Shown piece by piece: positions 17,835-25,669 of a stretch of 41,786 nt of DNA. The stretch lies in NCBI GenBank assembly GCA_964534065.1, contig CAZHNR010000001.1, forward strand, positions 1-41,786, in the 5' to 3' direction. The notes below the pieces were generated by a model. That model worked only from the letters and a program-made list of their open reading frames with translations. It did not search any database and was not told where the DNA came from. This DNA comes from an uncultured Methanosarcinales archaeon (lineage in GTDB: Archaea > Nanobdellota > Nanobdellia > Woesearchaeales > SKGA01). How positions within the stretch are numbered: the stretch's first letter is position 1; every line of letters starts with the position of its first letter. Made by a program: the position numbers and the translations under genes.

Positions 17835-18647
17835 TTACTTAGTCACCTTTGCTAATGATTCCCATGCTAAATCAAACAACTGATCTAATGCAGATGAAAA
17901 AAATGGAGTATTCACCCATATACCAATATCATAGGTTGGATGTACTTCATCATCATGCATAACCATAAAAATAACTTCAGAACCATCAACGACAACAAAA
18001 CGTGCATTGATATGATCAACATTTCTGATTTCTGCGATGCCGTCCAGATCTTTTACTGCAGCTTTTGCTTCATCCGTTGTGATAGGTGCAGCAATACGAA
18101 TCTTTACGCCTCGTTTTACTAACTCTTCCATAACAGGTTTCAGTCCTTCAACTTTTCGAACTAAACCTTGGGTTGTCGTCATAATAGTAACTGTTTCTTC
18201 TGCACCACGAATAGTGAATTCAATATGGTTGTATAAATTTAGTCGACCACGAAGTGAACCAGAAAGATCAGTAGGTTCAACAAGCTCAACACCTTGTGTG
18301 TGTAAGTTGTTTAACTCTTCAATCATATCAGTTTGCTTTAACTCGTCAAGTTTCTTGATATGATCTTCAGTAGATGTCATCAAGTTTTTCTTCACGCGTT
18401 CAAGTACTTCTTTTGGTGGAACTGCAATATATTTGATAGGTTTGCCAATTTTCATAACGACAAAACCTTTTTTTTCTAGAGATTCTAGGACATCATAGCT
18501 ACGGGAACGTGGAACATTCGCAATATCAGATAATTCACCAGCAGTACTTACTCCTCTTGACAGAAGAGCAGTCCAGACCTTTGCTTCATATAGATTTAAC
18601 GAAAAGTACCTTCGTAGCTTTCCTAAAAACTCGTCTTTCACAATCAT
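17835..18647 (-). CDS. TrmB-family transcriptional regulator
   Basis: N-terminal wHTH LYEAKVWTALLSRGVSTAGELSDIANVPRSRSYDVLESLEKKGFV plus a C-terminal effector-like domain. ATG 18647 chosen. Confidence 0.8.
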   Translation of the reverse strand: MIVKDEFLGKLRRYFSLNLYEAKVWTALLSRGVSTAGELSDIANVPRSRSYDVLESLEKKGFVVMKIGKPIKYIAVPPKEVLERVKKNLMTSTEDHIKKLDELKQTDMIEELNNLHTQGVELVEPTDLSGSLRGRLNLYNHIEFTIRGAEETVTIMTTTQGLVRKVEGLKPVMEELVKRGVKIRIAAPITTDEAKAAVKDLDGIAEIRNVDHINARFVVVDGSEVIFMVMHDDEVHPTYDIGIWVNTPFFSSALDQLFDLAWESLAKVTK

Positions 18648-18772
18648 TAATTTTCCCTCCAAAAAAGGACCTCTCACCTTTTTCCAATGTTGATATGCTC
18701 GTAACTACTATTTATATGTTACTGTTTTTAACCCACGAGTAATAGTTACAGAATAGTGCTCTACAAGCGTAG

Positions 18773-19609
18773 TTACTTTTGTATACAGTAAAATAACTCA
18801 TTAGGTAAAGAAAATGTAGTAAACTCCCAACCTTCCTTTTCACAGAAACGTTCTAACCATACTCTTTTGGAAGATTGAATAGATGATTTCCCTCCAATAG
18901 ATACTAAAGGAAAAGAAACAACAATAAACGGAGCTTGCACCACACTTAATAATTTTTTAGAGCTATGTCGTCGTACCGTCTCAAAAGAATCAAGTGCTTT
19001 CAAGAAAAAAACTACATCAAAACATTCTTTCTCAAGATACGATAAAAAAGCATCACTCAATACATCAGCTCCAAAAGCTTTTCCAGAAATATTCATGTTT
19101 GAAAAAAAATGTTGTATGCATGCTAATTCACGAGAAGATAAGTCAACAGCAACATATTCCGTTGGAGCTACAGGTAAGAACTGGTAAGCGAAAGGATTGT
19201 AGCCGCACGCAACATCCAGTAATCGAAAATCTTTAGAAAGACCCTTCTTGAATAATTCATCGAATAGACGCGCATATAGTGTTTTGTAATAAGGAATTCT
19301 TTCCTCTGTTGAACGATGTTGGTCAAGAAGAACAACAGCATCATCAAGAGTAGTGATTTGATTGACCTGTTGCATCGTTACAGGTTCTTTAAGAAATAAA
19401 CCATATACTTCACGAAGTTGTTTTCTTACTTCACGAAGATACGCCTTTATTTTTTTATTTCTTAGTGCTTGTTCAAAAGAATTGTATACAGCAAGATCAG
19501 GAAGAATATGGATATTTTTATGCAAGTAATGGAGAACGAAAGCATCATCAAGAAAAGCAAGTTCTTTTTTTTGTTTTACCCAAGAAACAAACTCATTTTC
19601 ATACCGCAT
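18773..19609 (-). CDS. SAM-dependent methyltransferase resembling the ArmA/RmtB (FmrO) 16S rRNA m7G1405 methyltransferase family
   Basis: Colinear motifs HRSTEER, LLDVACGYNPFA, YVAVDL, DVVFFLKALDSFE, IVVSFPLVSIGGK, NELFY, as recalled for ArmA/Rmt proteins. ATG 19609 overlaps the pelota stop by 11 nt. Confidence 0.55.
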   Translation of the reverse strand: MRYENEFVSWVKQKKELAFLDDAFVLHYLHKNIHILPDLAVYNSFEQALRNKKIKAYLREVRKQLREVYGLFLKEPVTMQQVNQITTLDDAVVLLDQHRSTEERIPYYKTLYARLFDELFKKGLSKDFRLLDVACGYNPFAYQFLPVAPTEYVAVDLSSRELACIQHFFSNMNISGKAFGADVLSDAFLSYLEKECFDVVFFLKALDSFETVRRHSSKKLLSVVQAPFIVVSFPLVSIGGKSSIQSSKRVWLERFCEKEGWEFTTFSLPNELFYCIQK

Positions 19610-20651
19610 TCTTCCACCTAAGTATAGCAACTACACCACCAAGACCATCGATAGTTTTCGCTGTTGCGTCATCATAAAGAATATGTATTTTCCCTCTTGT
19701 CGTATCAACCGTTTGTAACAATTGATCAACTACATCATACGTTGCTTGTTGCTTAGCGTTTTCAATGTACTCATTGGTCAGTATAAGTGACAACACCGCT
19801 CCATTCTGTGCAGCTACAGAAACATCTTCAAAGCCATAGGCAACTTTATCTTTAGCCAGTGATGTAAGAACTTCTTCAACAATTGCCTGCTCTTTTGTAA
19901 CTCGTTGGTTTGCAACAAGAGACTTGAGTTCAGGACGAGCAAGCAATTGACCTACCACACTTTTTTCTGCACCGTAAGCCGTAACCAAAACTACTTTTTT
20001 TTGCAAAGCATCAGGCAATAGTTTCTTGAAAGGAGCATGCCAAAATCCAGGAGAACCTACAATAATAGTTTCAAAAGATTTACGTTTTACTTGTTCTTGA
20101 AGCTCATGAATAATTTCACTAATAACTGAAGAAGAAGCATCTGTAGCGTACTGTTTATTTTGTACTTCCGATTTTAGTTCAGCCACATGTTTAATTCCTT
20201 GTTGTGTTATTTCAGAAAACAAAGCTTTCTCCCTATCAAAAACAACAACTAACAATTGCTGTGCAGTATTTGCGACCGCGTCTGCTAACTTATCTTTCAA
20301 GTATGCAGGCCAAGATTTTTTTTCTAAAGAAAACTCATCATTCAAACTCAAACCAAAAGAATGGTGAGCACCTAAAGGTACGTCATCAGTTCCTCTGGCT
20401 ACCGTACCCTTTACTCGCAAAATGCCTCCTTGTTCTAGCTCAGTTCCAATAACGGTGAGTTGCAAAGTGATAGTTTTACGAACAACAGAAGTTCTTCCTG
20501 CAGTTACATCACCAATTTTAATTTTACGCTCAGTTTTGGAAGTAATAAGATCACCTGGAAGAATGAGATGCGATAAATACCACAAATCATCTAGAAGAGA
20601 AATTTTTAGTTTGACATAACCTTGGTTAAAATTCTTCTTAATAACGAGCAT
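19599..20651 (-). CDS. Pelota (Dom34) mRNA-surveillance/ribosome-rescue factor
   Basis: 350 aa. N-terminus ..GYVKLKISLLDDLWYLSHLILPGDLI.. and eRF1-like central and C-terminal domains. Confidence 0.85.
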   Translation of the reverse strand: MLVIKKNFNQGYVKLKISLLDDLWYLSHLILPGDLITSKTERKIKIGDVTAGRTSVVRKTITLQLTVIGTELEQGGILRVKGTVARGTDDVPLGAHHSFGLSLNDEFSLEKKSWPAYLKDKLADAVANTAQQLLVVVFDREKALFSEITQQGIKHVAELKSEVQNKQYATDASSSVISEIIHELQEQVKRKSFETIIVGSPGFWHAPFKKLLPDALQKKVVLVTAYGAEKSVVGQLLARPELKSLVANQRVTKEQAIVEEVLTSLAKDKVAYGFEDVSVAAQNGAVLSLILTNEYIENAKQQATYDVVDQLLQTVDTTRGKIHILYDDATAKTIDGLGGVVAILRWKNAV

Positions 20652-20690
20652 AGAAAAGAAAAAAGAAAAAAAGTATAAAAACTCTTGGTT

Positions 20691-21632
20691 TTATATGTCC
20701 TTAATACCTTCAGTCACAATTTCAAAGACGCATTCTCCGTCAGGAAGATTAGGACTGTCTACAAGTTTACCAACTCGCGTACCTTTCTTACCTTTTCGCA
20801 AGTATATACGAAACGTGCTGTTATGCGCAACAATATTTCCACCAATGGCTTCAGTTGGATCGCCAAAGAATGCATCAGGTTTGGACATCACTTGGTTTGT
20901 TACATAGACGCAACAATTATGTAAATCCGCAATTTTTGCAAGCGTGTGCATATGTTTGTTTAGTTTCTGTTGACGTACAGCAAGCGTTCCTCTTCCTACA
21001 AACTCAGCTCTAAAATGTGCAGTAAGACTATCAACAACTACCACACGCACCTTGTCGCCGTTTTTTACTAACTCATCGACTTTTTCAGCAAGAAGCATCT
21101 GATGATCGGAGTTAAAAGCTCGAGCTACACGAATATTGTTTAAAGTCTCTTCAGGATCTAGTCCAAAACCTTTAGCGATTTGTTGAATACGTTCAGGACG
21201 GAATGTGTTTTCAGTGTCTATGTATACAGCAACAACGCCTGGTTCTTGAACCTGAGCACTTACACACAAAACATGTGCGATTTGTGTCTTGGAACTTCCA
21301 TATTGACCGAAACATTCAGTGATTGCTCCAGTTTCAAAACCGCCATCCATCATGGAATCAAAACTTTGACTTCCAGTAGAAACACGAATAACTGTATTTC
21401 TTTTCTCAAGTATGTCACCGCCTGACTGAAAACCCATGTTCATGTTTGAACGTGCTGCTTGAATCATTTTTCTAGCCGCTGTTTCAGTGACACCAGAAGC
21501 GTCTGCTAGCTCGCCAGGAGTGGATACGGCAATAGACATAAGATTATCATAACCGCCAGCAATGAGTTTTTCAGCAGTTGCTGCACCTACACCAGGAAGA
21601 TCCTGGATATCTAATTCTTTTGTTGCAGCCAT
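20691..21632 (-). CDS. radA: DNA repair and recombination protein RadA
   Basis: N-terminal HhH (LPGVGAATAEKLIAGGY), Walker A GQYGSSKTQ, VYIDTENTFRPERI, Walker B VVVDSL. Confidence 0.95.
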   Translation of the reverse strand: MAATKELDIQDLPGVGAATAEKLIAGGYDNLMSIAVSTPGELADASGVTETAARKMIQAARSNMNMGFQSGGDILEKRNTVIRVSTGSQSFDSMMDGGFETGAITECFGQYGSSKTQIAHVLCVSAQVQEPGVVAVYIDTENTFRPERIQQIAKGFGLDPEETLNNIRVARAFNSDHQMLLAEKVDELVKNGDKVRVVVVDSLTAHFRAEFVGRGTLAVRQQKLNKHMHTLAKIADLHNCCVYVTNQVMSKPDAFFGDPTEAIGGNIVAHNSTFRIYLRKGKKGTRVGKLVDSPNLPDGECVFEIVTEGIKDI

Positions 21633-21633
21633 T

Positions 21634-21912
21634 TTATATCTCCTCTATGCCGTCGCCTTCTTCTCGAATAGTAATATATTCGTAGGCCTTGTTGATTACT
21701 AATGCAGCTTTTGGTAAATCTTGTGTTCGTAGTGAAGTTGTTGATTTCCAAGCCCCATCTTTATCTTTATAGGTACGTTCTACAGAAACAGTTCGATAAA
21801 GGCGTGTTTCGCCTTCTTTAGTCTTTACTTCATTGGTCCAAATCGTTGCTGAAATTGGACTTGCTCTGAATTTCTTTTCAGGTGTGTTTTTATCTATATT
21901 TATTGATGTCAT
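21634..21912 (-). CDS. small hypothetical protein translationally coupled to radA (possible nucleic-acid-binding fold)
   Basis: ATG 21912 is preceded by a strong AAGGAGGT box. Its stop is 1 nt before the radA ATG. The motif SVERTYKDKDGAWKSTTSLRTQDLPKAALVINKAYEYI is only tentatively PC4-like. Confidence 0.5.
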   Translation of the reverse strand: MTSINIDKNTPEKKFRASPISATIWTNEVKTKEGETRLYRTVSVERTYKDKDGAWKSTTSLRTQDLPKAALVINKAYEYITIREEGDGIEEI

Positions 21913-22084
21913 GGTTATACCTCCTTGGTTGTCCCTTCTTATTTCACTCATTGACCGCGGTCATGAGGGGGTGGCCATCACAATACTGTTATTTTGAGAT
22001 GTTTAAATAGCTTATGAGCACATGTCCAGTGCCAATTTAGATGTACAGAAACAAGATTGTTTCTACCAATAAGAAATAAATCAC

Positions 22085-22102
22085 AGTCTCAGTACTGAGA
22101 CT
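22085..22102. repeat. 18-bp perfect palindrome AGTCTCAGTACTGAGACT (copy 1)
   Basis: Read directly from the sequence. Followed by GAACACCCCTTTAT. Confidence 0.9.
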
Positions 22103-22169
22103 CACAGAACACCCCTTTATTTCGTTTGGAACACCTTTTAATATTGAATAATATGGAATAATTAGTCTC

Positions 22170-22187
22170 AGTCTCAGTACTGAGACT
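22170..22187. repeat. 18-bp perfect palindrome AGTCTCAGTACTGAGACT (copy 2)
   Basis: Identical to copy 1. Preceded by an extra AGTCTC half-site at 22164-22169. Confidence 0.9.
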
Positions 22188-22222
22188 CATTTGAGACTAT
22201 TGAGACAGTCTCAGAAAGAGAC
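22181..22222 (+). repeat. phased TGAGAC/GAGAC repeat array (iteron-like)
   Basis: TGAGAC at 22181, 22192 and 22201 (11- and 9-bp spacing); GAGAC-A-GTCTC mini-palindrome at 22202-22212; GAGAC at 22218-22222. Confidence 0.7.
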
Positions 22223-22300
22223 CACAATACACAAGAAATACTCCCTTTTCAAGGCACATGAAACCATTGATTTAAAAATCCTGAGTCATTCGTAGTCTTT

Positions 22301-22726
22301 ATGGAGGAGCGCAAGTATGAAAAGGCCGTTCGTATGCTCCAAGAGCGGCTTGAGCGAATGAAATCACAATTAGAACATCCGCAACCACTCACTGAAGCCA
22401 CAATTCAAAAGGATGAATTAACGGATGAAGAAGATATACTCCCTCAAGAAGAGAGTCTCAGTCCAGTCTCAAAACCCCATATATACGACATAGAGCCCTC
22501 TATACACGTGTTCTCAAGTAAAAAAGAATCTCTTAAGCACAGTATCTTGCAAATATTGCTTCAAGGACAGCAGACAACAATACAACTTAAGAAACGCTTT
22601 GTCGATCTGGATAAGAAATGTTCGAAAGCAAGCTTTTACCGCTACGTGCAAGAGCTAAAAAAAGAACAAAAAATTACAACTGTCCACATAGGATCACTAG
22701 AATATTGTATTCGGGTTGAAAAATAA
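22301..22726 (+). CDS. small hypothetical protein with C-terminal winged-helix-like domain
   Basis: 141 aa. The C-terminal SILQILLQGQQTTIQLKKRFVDLDKKCSKASFYRYVQELKKEQKITTV resembles a wHTH. ATTTAAAAAT box about 25 nt upstream of the ATG. The gene itself contains AGTCTCAGTCCAGTCTCA at 22454-22471. Confidence 0.5.
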   Translation: MEERKYEKAVRMLQERLERMKSQLEHPQPLTEATIQKDELTDEEDILPQEESLSPVSKPHIYDIEPSIHVFSSKKESLKHSILQILLQGQQTTIQLKKRFVDLDKKCSKASFYRYVQELKKEQKITTVHIGSLEYCIRVEK

Positions 22727-22767
22727 AAAAAATATGTGCCAGAGCACATACAAAGAAGGCCAAGGCC

Positions 22768-23076
22768 TTATTTCTTTTCTTTGGAATGTTGTTTGTGTTG
22801 TTTCACTGTACGTGGACTTGGACTTCTTTTGCTTCCCTTTTGGGCAACTTCAATATCTAAATCCTTCAGAGCAGCTGCAACAGCAGCGGAATCCGCCCCT
22901 TTAGCAACAGAAACACTTTGTTTTGTAGGTTCTAAATGCAGTACATTGCATTTTCTCCGTCGAGTTTGGCCGTCAATAGTGACAAAACCTTTTTCGAGTT
23001 CATCTACAATAACACAGTATTTTCCTGCGTCTCGTCCAGCGAGTTTAATACAAACTCTTCCTATGGAATATAACAT
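22768..23076 (-). CDS. rpl14e: 50S ribosomal protein eL14
   Basis: MLYSIGRVCIKLAGRDAGKYCVIVD is a KOW-type N-terminus. GGAGGA lies upstream of ATG 23076. Basic C-terminal tail. Confidence 0.8.
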   Translation of the reverse strand: MLYSIGRVCIKLAGRDAGKYCVIVDELEKGFVTIDGQTRRRKCNVLHLEPTKQSVSVAKGADSAAVAAALKDLDIEVAQKGSKRSPSPRTVKQHKQHSKEKK

Positions 23077-23150
23077 TTTTTGTTTCCTCCTTCTCATCAA
23101 CTATCAAGATAGGTCGCCCGTATCTTGCGAGATGGTTAGAATGCTTGGCT

Positions 23151-23417
23151 TTATTGCCGCGCATCTACTTTGATAGTGTCTTTAAGACACCGACTGCACA
23201 ACACTCCCCCATACATTCGCTCAGGCCGTTTCTGTGTTTTGGACAGCTTTGCGATATCTGCAGGGTTACCTCTAGGAATACCATGAAGTTGAGTACCACA
23301 TCTTGCACAATGTGCAGGATTAGGCTTTCGACGTAGGTATCGAGTGGTTGTTGATCCGCCAGGTAACTTAGTAGCTACTCGACGGAAAGTTCTTGATTTA
23401 AACATTCCTCGTGGCAT
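23151..23417 (-). CDS. rpl34e: 50S ribosomal protein eL34
   Basis: 88 aa, ..RTFRRVATKLPGG..RRKPNPAHCARCG.. is the eL34 pattern. Confidence 0.85.
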   Translation of the reverse strand: MPRGMFKSRTFRRVATKLPGGSTTTRYLRRKPNPAHCARCGTQLHGIPRGNPADIAKLSKTQKRPERMYGGVLCSRCLKDTIKVDARQ

Positions 23418-23470
23418 AGTTTTAACCTCAAAGATTAGAATGAAACAAACGTAGCTTTATTTATAAAGCT

Positions 23471-24259
23471 TTATGCTAATTTGAGAAGTTTTCTCATAGA
23501 TGTTGAGAAAATAAGAGAGAAAAGAATATACGCACCAAGCCAACCCCAATTATTCACCCAAGGAATATCTTGAAGAATAAATATTCCATCAAATATTTGT
23601 AATTTTTGATAGCCTACAGTTACCGTATCGAATGCAACACCATTTACAGGAAGTACAGGCGCATATTGTGCTTGATTTGAAGATACTTCTATAGGGAGAA
23701 TGAACTCTTCTTCAGAAGCTACATGGCGGAGAATAAGCTCATACGAACCGGCAGTCTCAGCACTGAGACGCCAAGAGACTTGATTGTCAACAGGATATTT
23801 TGTGAGATTTGTTGCCACACTAAAACCCTCAGGAAGATCAAGCGTTACTGGTCCCTCTGCTGAAGGCAGTACATCAACTGTTATATCAAAGCCCGCGCCA
23901 GGAACTACTGGAGCAAAGGAAAGGAAAGCACTTAACCAACCAAAAAAAAGAATTACTGGAAGAAAAGTGTATAAAGTGGAACGAAGTGAAGACTTCATAA
24001 ACTGACCATTTAACTTCATCATTTCTTTTTGCAAAGCCATTGCTTTTTTTGGGTCTTCCTTCTGTAACTGTTGTGCCTTCTTTTGATGTCGCTTCAAATC
24101 AGCTTTCAGCTTACGTAACTTAGTCTGATCGGTTGTATACTTATATACAATAGTCGTAAGTCCAGAAACAAAGAAACTAACAATAACAATTGTCCAAAAA
24201 GAACCTACACTTTCAAGCAAAGGAAGGAGTATTGGAGAAAGAAAATCTGAAAATGCCAT
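23471..24259 (-). CDS. DUF106/EMC3-type (archaeal YidC/Oxa1-like) membrane protein with a large inserted loop domain
   Basis: TM1, then a basic coiled coil (LRKLKADLKRHQKKAQQLQKEDPKKAMALQKEMMKL), then TM2, as in DUF106 proteins. It occupies the conserved slot after secY. An extra non-hydrophobic segment of about 130 aa precedes the last TM. Confidence 0.6.
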   Translation of the reverse strand: MAFSDFLSPILLPLLESVGSFWTIVIVSFFVSGLTTIVYKYTTDQTKLRKLKADLKRHQKKAQQLQKEDPKKAMALQKEMMKLNGQFMKSSLRSTLYTFLPVILFFGWLSAFLSFAPVVPGAGFDITVDVLPSAEGPVTLDLPEGFSVATNLTKYPVDNQVSWRLSAETAGSYELILRHVASEEEFILPIEVSSNQAQYAPVLPVNGVAFDTVTVGYQKLQIFDGIFILQDIPWVNNWGWLGAYILFSLIFSTSMRKLLKLA

Positions 24260-24263
24260 TTAC

Positions 24264-25613
24264 TTATCGCACCATCATTTTTCGAAGCATTGGATTCATA
24301 TCTTCCATGTGATGCTTTGCAATATCTTCATAGAGTTTATAGATAATCATTACTGTAAGTAAGACACCAGTTCCACCACCATAGACACCAGTCATATCTG
24401 CAACAGATGCAAGAAGACCAATAAAGATTCCTCCCATAACAGTCAAAGGATAAATATAGCGTTTAAGCATGCGTTCGAGTACTCGAGGATCTTTTCTAAA
24501 TCCAGGAATTTGCAGCCCAGAAGCCATCATTTGTTTTGCTTGACTTTTCGGATCAAGACCTGAAGTCTGCATCCAGAACCAACTGAATAAAACTGATGCG
24601 CTTACAAAAAATAAGACGTAAGTAACTGATTGCGCTATGAGAAGCGCAGTTGCATTTCCAGTAATAAGACGTTCAAGAAGTAAGGTATTGGAAAGCCAAG
24701 GAATAACTTGATTTACCCAACCAGTTCCACCACCAAATGAACCAAAAAGCTGCAAGTTAGCCACTAAAGCAGAAACCAAAATAACAGGAATAACATTTGT
24801 ATAAACAAAATTTAAAGGCCATCTGATACCCTGCCCTCGGACTCGACCAAAGGAAAGCGGAATTTCAACTTTCATAGACTGAGCAAACACAACAATACCA
24901 AAGACAATGAGTGTTGCAAGAATACCACCAATAGCAATACCTGCAGTAATAGAATCACCAGCACCAAGTGCTTGGAAGAACTGAGGAATAGCTCCAACGG
25001 AATACGCGCCACTATCAACTACACCTGCAGTAGCTTGCCGCAGCGGACTAAAGATTCGAATAAAAATTGTTTGGGAAACACCTGCAGCAATGAATAAAGA
25101 GATACCGCTACCAAAGCCCCATTTATTGATGACACCATCAAGCCAAACGATAAGCATACCACCAATAAATAATTGAATAATCAACACTAACGGAGAGATT
25201 CCTGCTTCTGGAGATAAACCCCCCATGACAACATAAATAATAGCTTGAACAACAATGAAAAATATAGTAAGTAAACGTTGGAGACCTTGAAATTTAGAAC
25301 GTCCTTCAGGAGACTGTAAATTAAGACTCATAATACCTGAACCTGCAAGGAGCTGCAAGACAATCGATGCAGTTACAATAGGACCAATACCTAAAGAAAC
25401 AATGGAACCAAAACTTGCACCAAGAACTACAGAGAGAAACTCGAATTGTGAAAGCGCGTTCTCTCCAAGGCCATAAATTGGAACTGCACTCAAGACAAAG
25501 AATACAAGTAACACTATACCTGTCCATGTCATTTTCTGTCGGAAAGAAAGATGTTTCTGCGTAGGAGCTTTGACATCAGGAATCAAACCAATTAATCTGT
25601 TAAGTACACTCAT
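24264..25613 (-). CDS. secY: preprotein translocase subunit SecY
   Basis: 449 aa with 10 hydrophobic spans, in the conserved position after uL15. Confidence 0.95.
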   Translation of the reverse strand: MSVLNRLIGLIPDVKAPTQKHLSFRQKMTWTGIVLLVFFVLSAVPIYGLGENALSQFEFLSVVLGASFGSIVSLGIGPIVTASIVLQLLAGSGIMSLNLQSPEGRSKFQGLQRLLTIFFIVVQAIIYVVMGGLSPEAGISPLVLIIQLFIGGMLIVWLDGVINKWGFGSGISLFIAAGVSQTIFIRIFSPLRQATAGVVDSGAYSVGAIPQFFQALGAGDSITAGIAIGGILATLIVFGIVVFAQSMKVEIPLSFGRVRGQGIRWPLNFVYTNVIPVILVSALVANLQLFGSFGGGTGWVNQVIPWLSNTLLLERLITGNATALLIAQSVTYVLFFVSASVLFSWFWMQTSGLDPKSQAKQMMASGLQIPGFRKDPRVLERMLKRYIYPLTVMGGIFIGLLASVADMTGVYGGGTGVLLTVMIIYKLYEDIAKHHMEDMNPMLRKMMVR

Positions 25614-25669
25614 TTTACGTCCTCAATATGAAATAAAAAGAAAAAGAAAGTGATAGTTTTTAAGTGTTC

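Noticed and set aside
22716-23173. + strand ORFs 22716-22904 and 22736-23173 downstream of the wHTH gene
   Set aside because: They are antisense to eL14, which has a GGAGGA ribosome-binding site and a KOW motif. They have no features of their own.
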